Virus record (IMG/VR): IMGVR_UViG_3300029787_005452
Span: 1 to 64,000 of that record
Origin: a virus
Strand: one strand, 5' to 3'
DNA: 64,000 bases
The first letter of the stretch is position 1; every line of letters begins with the position of its first letter. Position numbers and translations under genes: made by a program. The notes beneath the pieces were generated by a model. It was not told the DNA's origin. It ran no database searches and was given only the letters and a program-made list of their open reading frames with translations. Shown here piece by piece: positions 28,836 through 37,903 of the stretch.

Positions 28836-31025
28836 ATGGCAATACCCCCTACACTAAAAGACCTTAATAGGGTAAAATCAAATCTAGTTAATCCAATTAG
28901 AAGATTTCCTATAGCAACTACAGGTGAAAATTTTATAGACATAAAATTAAATAAATTTGCTACACCTGATATATTAGCTGTTGACTCGACTAATACTTTA
29001 GGGGTCTCAGCAGATTTAAATCTTTCACCAAAAAATCTTAATACTGGAGATTTTATTTTAAATACAATTAGTGAAAATAATACTATATTTTCTCCAGGTA
29101 GTATAGAAGTTTCTAGAAACATAGGAGGTGATAAAGTAACTGATTCACCTAATCATGTGTTATATTATCAAGGTCCAAAGCCTATTGAAGTGAGTAATAA
29201 TTTAGTACAACCTTTACCCGATGAAAATTTTGAAATAAGAGTATCTTTTTATAATGAAGAAAATTCTAATCAATCAACTGCATCTTTTCCTATATCAGTA
29301 ATAAATTTTAGTAATACAGATAAATCTGAATTAAAAAAATTACAAGGTAGTTTATTTAATACTAACGTACTTACTATATCTACTAATAAATTTAATAATA
29401 CGGGTAGAAAAGTTGGTGTAGGTTTTAATATTACATTATTAGATAAAGCAAATAAAAGATTTTTAAAAAACAGTCTATTATTAACTGATCCTATTTCAGT
29501 TTTTAAAGATAATATATTTTTAACTTCAATTAATGAAAAAAGCTATCCTAATTTATCTCAATCGCGACCTATAAGCGCACAGAGTAACTATAGTCCAGGA
29601 AAATTTGTTAATAATGCTAGACTTTTTGCTTTTTGTAAAGACTATAGTGAATTTACTGTACCTTTGAGTTCTACAGGTATAGTTGAGGATTTAAAAACTA
29701 ACCCTGGAAAAGTTCAATCATTAGGTGATAGCACATCAGGTATTGAAGACTACAAGTATTCATTAGGTGCATATAAAAATATAGGATTAGAAGACGGTAT
29801 AATAATATATGAAGAATATCTTTCTGCAGGTAATTATGAATTTAAGTTTAATATAAAAGATAAAAATAATAAATTTAATAATAATAATATATCATCATCT
29901 TTTTCTTTAAGTGTAATTGAAGTTGAAAAAGAAATGGTTACCCCTTCGTTGAGTGCTATTGTCAGAGCTGTATCGGGTAACCCAAATTATACTAATTTTA
30001 ACCACTTAAGACTTTTTAGTGATACCCCAGCTACTACAGGAGCAACTTGGAATACAGATTTTTGGGGATTTTCCGCTAGAGATCTTTTAAATTTTTCAGG
30101 GGTTGCGTGGAGGGGTAATGGATCTAGTAATAATAATATTACCCTAATAACCCCCAGACACGGGGTAGCTGCTGAACATTATAAAAGATTCAATCAACAA
30201 TGTGAGGTAGGTCAAGTGGATACTTTTATTGATCATACTACCGGTAATCCGGTTTCAGCTACAGTTTTAAAAGTTTTTCATTTAGCCAATTTTGGTATAG
30301 GCAGTAATAGTCCATATGATGCTGAAAACAAGGGTAATAATTTTAGATCTATTTCTGCTTTTTTCGATATTGATGAATTGACCAATACAATAGATGATTT
30401 AAGCGGTTCTAGAACCGATGACCGTGGCGCAGTAATAAATGATTGTTCATTAGTTTTATTTGATAGAGATTTAACTTCCGGTGGTGATATAAAAGCTTAT
30501 CCAATAGCTAAAAATATGTATAATGATTATATACCTCATACATACCCAGCAATACCGACCGGGGGAAGATTAAGACATACCGATGGAGATAATGTAGGTT
30601 TAGGAACTATAAAAAATTTAAGTAGAAATAGAGATGATACATCATCGAAGCCCCCTGCTACAATTCCTTACTCTAAAGTAGGCCTTCCTAATGGACAAAC
30701 TTCATTAGTTGTAGAGGTAAATAATTTATCTGCTACTAACTTAAAAGATATTTTTACTGATAGTGGTCGGCTAACTGCTTATCAATTTGAAAAAGGTAAA
30801 GTAGGTGATAGTGGTAACCCTAATTTTTTAATTTTAGATAATAAATTATGTTTCATAATGGATAATAAATCAGAAGGTTATAACACAAATGATGAAGGCA
30901 TAAAGGTGAATGGTTTGTCCGGGCCTGATTTTACTAGTCCTGATACTCAAGTAGTTTTACAATCTGCAATAGATTTAATTGGTAATCCTGAAGGGTATGA
31001 ATTATCAGCTGTAGAAATGGTATAA
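28836..31025 (+). CDS. Late protein with a C-terminal trypsin-like serine protease domain
   Basis: TLITPRHGVAAEH (His), NDCSLVLF (Asp), VGDSGNP (Ser). Confidence 0.75.
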   Translation: MAIPPTLKDLNRVKSNLVNPIRRFPIATTGENFIDIKLNKFATPDILAVDSTNTLGVSADLNLSPKNLNTGDFILNTISENNTIFSPGSIEVSRNIGGDKVTDSPNHVLYYQGPKPIEVSNNLVQPLPDENFEIRVSFYNEENSNQSTASFPISVINFSNTDKSELKKLQGSLFNTNVLTISTNKFNNTGRKVGVGFNITLLDKANKRFLKNSLLLTDPISVFKDNIFLTSINEKSYPNLSQSRPISAQSNYSPGKFVNNARLFAFCKDYSEFTVPLSSTGIVEDLKTNPGKVQSLGDSTSGIEDYKYSLGAYKNIGLEDGIIIYEEYLSAGNYEFKFNIKDKNNKFNNNNISSSFSLSVIEVEKEMVTPSLSAIVRAVSGNPNYTNFNHLRLFSDTPATTGATWNTDFWGFSARDLLNFSGVAWRGNGSSNNNITLITPRHGVAAEHYKRFNQQCEVGQVDTFIDHTTGNPVSATVLKVFHLANFGIGSNSPYDAENKGNNFRSISAFFDIDELTNTIDDLSGSRTDDRGAVINDCSLVLFDRDLTSGGDIKAYPIAKNMYNDYIPHTYPAIPTGGRLRHTDGDNVGLGTIKNLSRNRDDTSSKPPATIPYSKVGLPNGQTSLVVEVNNLSATNLKDIFTDSGRLTAYQFEKGKVGDSGNPNFLILDNKLCFIMDNKSEGYNTNDEGIKVNGLSGPDFTSPDTQVVLQSAIDLIGNPEGYELSAVEMV

Positions 31026-31097
31026 AAAAAGACACCGGAGTGTCTTTAGTTTGCCCACCATCCATCCCCTGTTTGATTATTAGTTATGCTCCGGCCT
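31024..31097 (-). ncRNA. Candidate ~74-nt late small RNA
   Basis: TAAATA at 31108-31103, terminator AAAGACAC/GUGUCUUU + U run, alternative CCGGAG/CUCCGG stem, GGA-rich loop. Confidence 0.35.
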
Positions 31098-31110
31098 ACT
31101 TTTATTTAAG

Positions 31111-31530
31111 TTAGACGGTGTACTTTTTAATGTATTCCTCTTTCTTTCTGCGAGGTACTTGTACTCTAAGCATACCATCAGCATATTTGAACTTAATCTT
31201 ATTAAGGTCATACTCTTTACCAATAGAAAAACTTCTATTATAAGTTTGAGTTTCTTCACTGTCATGTGTTAAGACAGATCTTTTACCTTCAATATAGACA
31301 TCTCTTCGTTCTGAATCAACCTTAAGGTCAAGATCATCTTTCTTGACACCAGGTATATCAATGTCTACGTTAAGCCCATCCTCTCGTTGAGCGAAACGAA
31401 CTTGATCACCAGTTCTATATACTTCTTCCAAATTATGGAAGACAGGGGTTATGTTAAAAAAGCCATTTAAGGCTTGCTCTATTTCATTTATGGGGTTGGT
31501 ATACCCTCTCATTGTAGTTAGTTTAGTCAT
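31111..31530 (-). CDS. Small heat-shock protein (Hsp20)
   Basis: IDIPGVKKDDL, YNRSFSI and YADGMLRVQVP alpha-crystallin motifs. Confidence 0.93.
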   Translation of the reverse strand: MTKLTTMRGYTNPINEIEQALNGFFNITPVFHNLEEVYRTGDQVRFAQREDGLNVDIDIPGVKKDDLDLKVDSERRDVYIEGKRSVLTHDSEETQTYNRSFSIGKEYDLNKIKFKYADGMLRVQVPRRKKEEYIKKYTV

Positions 31531-31596
31531 AGAAAAATATTTATATTATAAAATAAAAAATCATATAATTCAACCTGAATTTGATTAAATATATAT

Positions 31597-31670
31597 GAGT
31601 CGTTCATCTCTTTTAGAGATCTCTTTAAAGGAGACGGAAGTAAGAGACATAGTGTCCCTGAAGGAACGCG
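31597..31670 (+). promoter_or_regulatory. Glutamine riboswitch (glnA RNA motif)
   Basis: P1 CGUUC/GAACG, 11-bp P2, conserved ACGGAAGUA and GAAGGAACGC, P3 GACA/UGUC; TAAATA at 31586-31591. Confidence 0.88.
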
Positions 31671-31701
31671 TGAATTAAAAAACACGTACCAAAGGAAAAT
31701 T

Positions 31702-31839
31702 ATGAAAAAAATAAGTTGGAGAGGCGCTGAATACGATCCTAAAGAAAGATCGAAAAAGGTAGCTAAGCATACTGTTGAAGGTATATATAGAGGGGTAAAG
31801 CACCTTATAGAACTACCTAGTAAAAAAGTAAAAGTATAA
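31702..31839 (+). CDS. 45-aa DUF4278/GS-inactivating-factor-like peptide (not in the ORF track)
   Basis: MKKISWRGAEYDP...GIYRGVKH... with two [WY]RG motifs; SD AAAGGA; downstream of the riboswitch. Confidence 0.8.
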   Translation: MKKISWRGAEYDPKERSKKVAKHTVEGIYRGVKHLIELPSKKVKV

Positions 31840-31860
31840 TAGCCTCGTAGTTAAAGTTCA

Positions 31861-31890
31861 AGAGCTGATTCCGGAGTCAGCTCTTTTTTT
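31861..31890 (+). terminator. Intrinsic terminator
   Basis: AAGAGCTGATT/AGTCAGCTCTT stem followed by a T run. Confidence 0.85.
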
Positions 31891-31895
31891 GCGCA

Positions 31896-31924
31896 AAAAA
31901 AAGCGTGACCTAAGCCACGCTTTT
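31896..31924 (-). terminator. Intrinsic terminator of the porin/nrd operon
   Basis: Minus-strand AAAAGCGTGG...TCACGCTTTT stem followed by a T run. Confidence 0.75.
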
Positions 31925-31942
31925 AAAATTATAATAATTAAA

Positions 31943-32689
31943 TTAAAAACTAAATGCTAAACCAGCAGTAATAGTTACATCAAAATCACCATCAGTGCCT
32001 TCAGATGAAATATTATTAACTACGCCTTGATTATTTTTAAGAGCATTAACTTGTACAAAGACCGGTAAGTCATTTGCTAAAGTATCAAATCTAACATAAC
32101 CATAAGTATATTCAAGCTCATCGTCATCAAGACCAATCGATTGACCATACTCTGCCCCTACAGTAACATCTACCGCATCCTTAACTGTAAAGGTCTTAGA
32201 TACTTCAATAGCAGGAGTTACAATAGTACTATCATATTCTGATCCAACTTCACTTCCATCTTCCAATGCAACTGTAAAAGTAGTATCAAAAGCTTTAAAC
32301 CAATTAAGGTCATAAGCCCCTTCTAACTCATAACTTGTATCAGCATTTTCAATAGAATGCATAACTAATCGTGTGTCAATTCCACCTACTGGGGTATCAA
32401 TATATGTTCCTAATGATGTATGAAACTGAGAATTATCTGAGTTTACATATTCAACACCGCTAACAAATGAAAGACCGGCAATGACACCAAGTTTGGTCGA
32501 TCCCTTAATATAGGCCACATCTTGCGCCCCGTAAAGACCGCCTGATATGCGCTTTTCATAATAACCCGTGGTAACATCAACCTTCCAGGTCTTTTCTTGT
32601 CTTGCTTCTTGAGCTTCTGCCTTACCACAAAATGCAAGTAATGCAATTATAGCTGCAGCAGCTCCAATAATAATATATTTTTTTTTCAT
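31943..32689 (-). CDS. Outer-membrane beta-barrel/porin-like protein
   Basis: Sec signal peptide, alternating amphipathic beta strands, C-terminal GLAFSF. Confidence 0.75.
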   Translation of the reverse strand: MKKKYIIIGAAAAIIALLAFCGKAEAQEARQEKTWKVDVTTGYYEKRISGGLYGAQDVAYIKGSTKLGVIAGLSFVSGVEYVNSDNSQFHTSLGTYIDTPVGGIDTRLVMHSIENADTSYELEGAYDLNWFKAFDTTFTVALEDGSEVGSEYDSTIVTPAIEVSKTFTVKDAVDVTVGAEYGQSIGLDDDELEYTYGYVRFDTLANDLPVFVQVNALKNNQGVVNNISSEGTDGDFDVTITAGLAFSF

Positions 32690-32705
32690 AGCTATCTATT
32701 ATAGC

Positions 32706-32942
32706 TTATGATTCTTCAGTTTCAACTGTTTCGGGTACTTCTTTTGGTGTAAAATACTTATCAATAGTATCAATCCTAGAATCAAGACTATCAATATTTT
32801 CTATTTTTTTCTCAATTTCTTCTCCTATATTTGGATGTTCTCCAATTGCTACTGGGTTACTTAGATATATTTCTAAATCAGCGATTTCAATATTTCGTTG
32901 ACCTGTTAGTTTTGTTTTAATTGCTTGAATGTAATTTGCCAT
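32706..32942 (-). CDS. Conserved hypothetical phage protein
   Basis: YLSNPVAIGEHPNIGEEIEK motif, familiar from marine T4-like phages. Confidence 0.7.
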   Translation of the reverse strand: MANYIQAIKTKLTGQRNIEIADLEIYLSNPVAIGEHPNIGEEIEKKIENIDSLDSRIDTIDKYFTPKEVPETVETEES

Positions 32943-32956
32943 AGATAATATTTATA

Positions 32957-34018
32957 TTAAAGATCAAAATCATCAAATGCTTCTTCATCTATTTCTGTAT
33001 CTCTTGCACCTATTTTATAAGAACTAATTTCAGTTTCTTGAGGAGCTACCTGTACTTTAGAACTATCGGTATAACTATTTAACCAGCCTCCTATCGGATT
33101 AGTAGTTTGATCGAAAATCTTATTATATCCTAATGAACGTAATCTTGTATTAGCTAACCATTCGATATAACCATTAAGCATTTCAGTATTCAAACCTAAT
33201 AATGAACCTTCAGAAAATAAATATTCAGCCCATTTCTTTTCATTTTCAACTGCTAACCCATACATGTCATAAATTTTTTGCTCATTATCTTTAACTATTT
33301 GCTGAAAACCTTCATCTTTATTTTCTTTCCAATATTTCATAATATTTTGAGTAATAGCAGCATGTAAGTTTTCATCTCTTGCAATTAAACCTATAATTTT
33401 AGCATTACCTTCCATCTTACCTTTATAACCAAAAAAGTATGAGCAAGCAAATGAAACATAAAATGCTAAACCTTCTGTAATCTGAGTAGATAATACTGCA
33501 TTAAAGATCTTTTGTTTAATGTCGCCTTTATCATCTCCAAGTAAGGTATTATATGCTCCGCTTATTTCAGTGGCTCTTCTAGTTATCTCTTTATCTTCTA
33601 ATATAGAATCAAAAAATGCAGTTGCATCTTTAGCAATATTTTGTAAAGTATATGTGTATGAATAACTATGTATAGTTTCAAATCTAGCCCAGCTAGTCAT
33701 ACATATTTCTAATTCAGGGTTAGATACATAATTTTTAATATTATGAATACTTCTAGAAAGCATACTATCTGTCATAGTTTGCCATCTAAGATTACTATTA
33801 AAAATAAATCTTTCAGTGTCAGATAAATTTTCATAGTCATTACGATCTTTAGTTAAAGATACTTCTTCTGGCAACCAATGAAACTCTTCTTGCTTTCTCC
33901 ATAGATCGAAAAATTTAGGATATTTAAATCTATCATATCTTTGTAAAGCTAAATCTTCACCTAAGAACATAGGCTGCTTTGTAGTATCGACATTTTTAAC
34001 ATTTAGTACAGTTTCCAT
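32957..34018 (-). CDS. nrdB: Ribonucleotide reductase class Ia beta subunit
   Basis: WLPEEVSL, ETIHSYSY, EGLAFYVSF, IARDENLH and VAPQETEISSY. Confidence 0.97.
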   Translation of the reverse strand: METVLNVKNVDTTKQPMFLGEDLALQRYDRFKYPKFFDLWRKQEEFHWLPEEVSLTKDRNDYENLSDTERFIFNSNLRWQTMTDSMLSRSIHNIKNYVSNPELEICMTSWARFETIHSYSYTYTLQNIAKDATAFFDSILEDKEITRRATEISGAYNTLLGDDKGDIKQKIFNAVLSTQITEGLAFYVSFACSYFFGYKGKMEGNAKIIGLIARDENLHAAITQNIMKYWKENKDEGFQQIVKDNEQKIYDMYGLAVENEKKWAEYLFSEGSLLGLNTEMLNGYIEWLANTRLRSLGYNKIFDQTTNPIGGWLNSYTDSSKVQVAPQETEISSYKIGARDTEIDEEAFDDFDL

Positions 34019-34025
34019 AAATTTA

Positions 34026-34256
34026 TTATCCATCATCTCCTATTGCTTCAACTGGGCAACCTTCCATTGCCTCTACACATAACTCTAATTCTTCTTCGTT
34101 TTCAGGCTGTTTAAAAACGTATGAGTATCCTCCATCTTCTTCTGCAGTAAAATTATCGGGAGCAGTTTCTCTGCATAAGTCACAATCAATGCATTGTTCA
34201 TCTACATAGAACTTACCTTCGACATTTTCTGCCCACTTTTCTTCTTTATCCGCCAT
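34026..34256 (-). CDS. Single-cluster Fe-S ferredoxin
   Basis: CIDCDLC...CPVEAI. Confidence 0.93.
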   Translation of the reverse strand: MADKEEKWAENVEGKFYVDEQCIDCDLCRETAPDNFTAEEDGGYSYVFKQPENEEELELCVEAMEGCPVEAIGDDG

Positions 34257-34267
34257 AGTTTATATAT

Positions 34268-36535
34268 TTAAAGCGCACAAGCTCCTGATTCACACCCATC
34301 TTCATTATTATTTTCAGATTCTCCATCATTTAAGCTCTGCTTATCCCCATCATCAGTATTGTTATAGTAACCAGTTCTCCAACCTAATTTATAAGCAAGT
34401 AATATTTCTTTTATTACTTTAGAATCAGGTAAAGCTCCCTTTTCATAATGAGCATAATTATAATACATATTTGCACTAATACTCATATCTACCCATTTTT
34501 GTAAAGCTCCTACTATTTTAATTAAACCAGTATTATCTTCCATGTCATAAGCTAAAGTATATTTATTTTTATATGATACATAGTTTGGAACGATAACCGG
34601 TAAGGTACGAGCTTTAGATTTTTTATAGGTAATATAGGATCTAATAGGTTCTATACCATTGGTAGAGCACTGAATTACTGAAGAGCTCTCGCAAGGCATT
34701 ATAGCCGATACAGTACTATGCCTTAAACCATGCTCTTTAATCCTATCTCTTAAACTTTCCCAGTCCATAGAATTTTTTCTGGTAACAAATTCATCTATTT
34801 CTTTCTTATAATTATCAATAGGTAACCATCCTTGACTATATTTTGTTTTATTAAACTTAGGACATCTACCTTTTTCACTAGATAAATTACAAGAAGAACT
34901 TAATAAGTAGTATTGAATCTTTTCCATTAACTCATCAGCAACATTAGGAGCTTCATCATCAGTATATTTTACTCCTTGCTTTGCAAGATATGCAGCAAAG
35001 TTAGTAATACCTATACCTAATGATCTACGATTCTTAGTAAAGTTTTCTGCAGCTGGTAAGAAATAATCTTGGTAATCAATTAACTGATCTAAAATTCTTA
35101 CTATAATATCACATACTTTTTCCATTTCTGCATCTGATTGAATTTCTAATACGTTAATTGCAGATAAAATACAAATACCTATTTCAGCATTCTTATCATC
35201 TGGATGCTGTAATGGTTGGGTAGGGTGTAATACCTCAACACAAAGATTAGTCATTTTAATATCATCATCCCATGCTGATCGTTGATTACAATGATCAATA
35301 TTCATAAAATATATACGACCGGTTTCAACCCTTTCTTTAATAAACAAAGACATTAGCTTTCTTGCTTTAATAGTCTTTTTAAATTTTAAACTTGTCTTAC
35401 GTTCATACGTCTCATACAATTCATCAAAATTTTCATGACCGAAAGCATCATATAATTCTTTAGCTTCGTAAGGAGAAAAAAGAGTTATATCTTCGTTCTT
35501 TAAAAATCTTTTATAAAATAATTCACTAAATTGAATACAATAATCTAACTTACGAACTCTATTATCGTCGGTACCAGAATTATTTTTTAATACTACCATA
35601 TCTTCAACTTCGTAATGCCAGAAAGGAAAGTTAACTGTAGCTGATCCTCCTCTTATACCATTTTGATGACAAGACTTAACAGTAGATTCCATTAGTTTTA
35701 AAAACGGAATTACTCCAGTATGAATAACCTCACCATTACGTATAGGAGAATTTATTGGACGTATACGACCTATATTTAAACCTATCCCATATCTTGAACC
35801 TGTAGCATAACCTGCAGCTGTAGATGAAGAGAAAATTGAAGGTAATGTATCATCTACATCTATTAAACAGCATGATGCATATTGTCTAACTTTGCTTCTT
35901 ACACCGGCCATTAAAGGGGTAGGTAAATTAATTTTAAACTTAGAAAAATAATCATAAGCTTTTTTAACATATGAAATACGAGTAGCACCTTCATATTGAC
36001 CAAAACATACCATAGCTATAATCATATATGCAAACTGAGGAGTCTCATAAATTTTAGTTTCAGATCTATCTTGAATTAGATACTTATCACATAACTGACG
36101 CATACCAGCATAGGTAAATAAATTATCACGTTCATGGTCTATATATTCATCAAGTTTATTAATCTCTTTATCGGAATAATGCATTAAAATATCTTCGTCA
36201 TATACGTCATGCTCATGAACGTTTTTATTAATAAAATCTACTAACTTAGGAGGATTCTTACCTCCCCATACATCCTTACGTAATTGATATGATAATAATC
36301 TAGAAGCTACATATTGATAATTAGGGTGCGTTAAACTAATTAAATTGACTGTCGAGTCAATAAGAACGTTATGTATTTCAGCAGTTGTCATTCCTTCTTT
36401 CTTTTGAAGATTAGCATTAATCTCTATATCCGAAGCTGTAACTCCTTTTATATTATCTACTGCCCAGTTTACAACTCTATGTATTTTATCTACATCATAT
36501 GGTACAGACTCCCCGCTTCTTTTCTTAATATTCAT
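34268..36535 (-). CDS. nrdA: Ribonucleotide reductase class Ia alpha subunit with ATP cone
   Basis: ATP cone, ETPQF, PTPLMAG, SCC, TNLCVE, MPCESSS and C-terminal CESGAC. Confidence 0.98.
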   Translation of the reverse strand: MNIKKRSGESVPYDVDKIHRVVNWAVDNIKGVTASDIEINANLQKKEGMTTAEIHNVLIDSTVNLISLTHPNYQYVASRLLSYQLRKDVWGGKNPPKLVDFINKNVHEHDVYDEDILMHYSDKEINKLDEYIDHERDNLFTYAGMRQLCDKYLIQDRSETKIYETPQFAYMIIAMVCFGQYEGATRISYVKKAYDYFSKFKINLPTPLMAGVRSKVRQYASCCLIDVDDTLPSIFSSSTAAGYATGSRYGIGLNIGRIRPINSPIRNGEVIHTGVIPFLKLMESTVKSCHQNGIRGGSATVNFPFWHYEVEDMVVLKNNSGTDDNRVRKLDYCIQFSELFYKRFLKNEDITLFSPYEAKELYDAFGHENFDELYETYERKTSLKFKKTIKARKLMSLFIKERVETGRIYFMNIDHCNQRSAWDDDIKMTNLCVEVLHPTQPLQHPDDKNAEIGICILSAINVLEIQSDAEMEKVCDIIVRILDQLIDYQDYFLPAAENFTKNRRSLGIGITNFAAYLAKQGVKYTDDEAPNVADELMEKIQYYLLSSSCNLSSEKGRCPKFNKTKYSQGWLPIDNYKKEIDEFVTRKNSMDWESLRDRIKEHGLRHSTVSAIMPCESSSVIQCSTNGIEPIRSYITYKKSKARTLPVIVPNYVSYKNKYTLAYDMEDNTGLIKIVGALQKWVDMSISANMYYNYAHYEKGALPDSKVIKEILLAYKLGWRTGYYNNTDDGDKQSLNDGESENNNEDGCESGACAL

Positions 36536-36552
36536 ATTATTTTATTTACAAT

Positions 36553-37062
36553 TTAAGTTATTATTAATGATAGAATAGAACCAAATTTTTGAAAGTCAAA
36601 TTTATTTTCATTTAAGTTTAGCATATGCTGTAATATTTTTTTATCCTTAGATATTGAATCGTCGGTTAAATATCTAAATTTATTGAAATCGATGGGGTAA
36701 ATACCTCTTTTGAAATACCCATAACTATCATTACATGTAATGTTATATTGACTCAATAAATTTTGATAAACCACAAGATTAATATTATTTGCTTGTTCTT
36801 GTCTTTTAATTAAATTTATAATTTCTTCACCAGTTTCATTTAATTCTAAACATATACCATAAAGAGGTAACATTTTTATGGTACCATCTTCTTTATATAT
36901 TCTAAAAAACTTTTTTGGTTTAAATTTATCGCTTATATGCAACCGTTTATTATCGTATTCATTTTTCAGAATAAAACCTAAAAATATAGAAGGTAATAAA
37001 GGTATTTGACCTGAAAAGTTATCAGAAGATACAGGTTCATCAACTAAAGATACATCTATCAT
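36553..37062 (-). CDS. Hypothetical protein
   Basis: 169-aa ORF within the operon. Confidence 0.65.
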   Translation of the reverse strand: MIDVSLVDEPVSSDNFSGQIPLLPSIFLGFILKNEYDNKRLHISDKFKPKKFFRIYKEDGTIKMLPLYGICLELNETGEEIINLIKRQEQANNINLVVYQNLLSQYNITCNDSYGYFKRGIYPIDFNKFRYLTDDSISKDKKILQHMLNLNENKFDFQKFGSILSLIIT

Positions 37063-37063
37063 A

Positions 37064-37285
37064 TTACATTGAAATTGATCTAATTAATCTACCAGTTTTA
37101 AGATTATAAGTGCGAATAACATCATTTGAGTTATTATGTTGTACGGTTAAAGATACTGTGTCTCCGGTAACGATAGGATTGCTATATGTAGCATTACTTG
37201 GTAATTGAGCTGTTCTATGTATTGAACCGTTATCAATATTATAAAATTTTAAAACGTTTCCGTCTATTCTTGGCATTATGTTCAT
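37064..37285 (-). CDS. Hypothetical beta-rich protein
   Basis: 73-aa ORF coupled to its neighbours. Confidence 0.6.
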   Translation of the reverse strand: MNIMPRIDGNVLKFYNIDNGSIHRTAQLPSNATYSNPIVTGDTVSLTVQHNNSNDVIRTYNLKTGRLIRSISM

Positions 37286-37644
37286 GATTTAATTATATGA
37301 TTATTTATAAAAGATTCAACTTCGGGATCGGATTTATTATAGGTAAATGAAGATAAATTTTCATTTATAGTAGGCACCTTTAAACTACCAGTTTTAAATC
37401 TTTCTTCTAACTCAGATATTACGGTTTCATCTGGTATAGAAATATCGTCAGAAATATTTAAAATATTCCTTATTTCCATAACACCATAACCTCTTTTAAA
37501 TAAAGTTTTTACATCTCTACTAATATAAAGTCTTTGTAAGTTTTCTACATTATTATATTCATTTACCTTTTTCTTCAAATAGTCACCTGAGAATAAACTC
37601 TCTTTACCCGTAACTATACATTTAACCTTTAAAGATTTAACCAT
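37282..37644 (-). CDS. Hypothetical protein
   Basis: 120-aa ORF; CIVTGK motif. Confidence 0.65.
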   Translation of the reverse strand: MVKSLKVKCIVTGKESLFSGDYLKKKVNEYNNVENLQRLYISRDVKTLFKRGYGVMEIRNILNISDDISIPDETVISELEERFKTGSLKVPTINENLSSFTYNKSDPEVESFINNHIIKS

Positions 37645-37666
37645 ATCTTATTATAAATATAAATAT

Positions 37667-37903
37667 ATGAATTTCAATACCTTAGTTAAAGATATATTAG
37701 AAGATTTTAAAGCTCCAACTGATACTAAAAGACGAACTAAAAGATCAGAAGGTAAATATGGTACAGTAAATCCTCAATTAAATGACCCTCATAATACTAA
37801 AGCTATATCAGGATTTAAAGGTCAACCTGGCGGCAAACAAAGAACTTTAAAATTTAAATTACCTACCAAGAAGAACGGATCCAAACAGCAGCAGCCATCG
37901 TAG
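37667..37903 (+). CDS. Basic putative internal virion protein
   Basis: Leader MNFNTLVKDILE followed by a K/R-rich body; TAAATA upstream. Confidence 0.55.
   Translation: MNFNTLVKDILEDFKAPTDTKRRTKRSEGKYGTVNPQLNDPHNTKAISGFKGQPGGKQRTLKFKLPTKKNGSKQQQPS

Noticed and set aside
31040-31100. GGCAAAC and CUCCGGCCUA fragments reminiscent of a c-di-GMP-I riboswitch, and a 43-codon ORF after AGGGG
   Set aside because: The two fragments are on opposite strands with no GAAA tetraloop/receptor. The ORF crosses the terminator and runs antisense to a real gene.
31597-36535. Cyanophage assignment, suggested by the glutamine riboswitch, ferredoxin and hsp20
   Set aside because: No photosynthesis genes are present, the ferredoxin is not the plant-type 2Fe-2S form, and other genes point to a PVC host.
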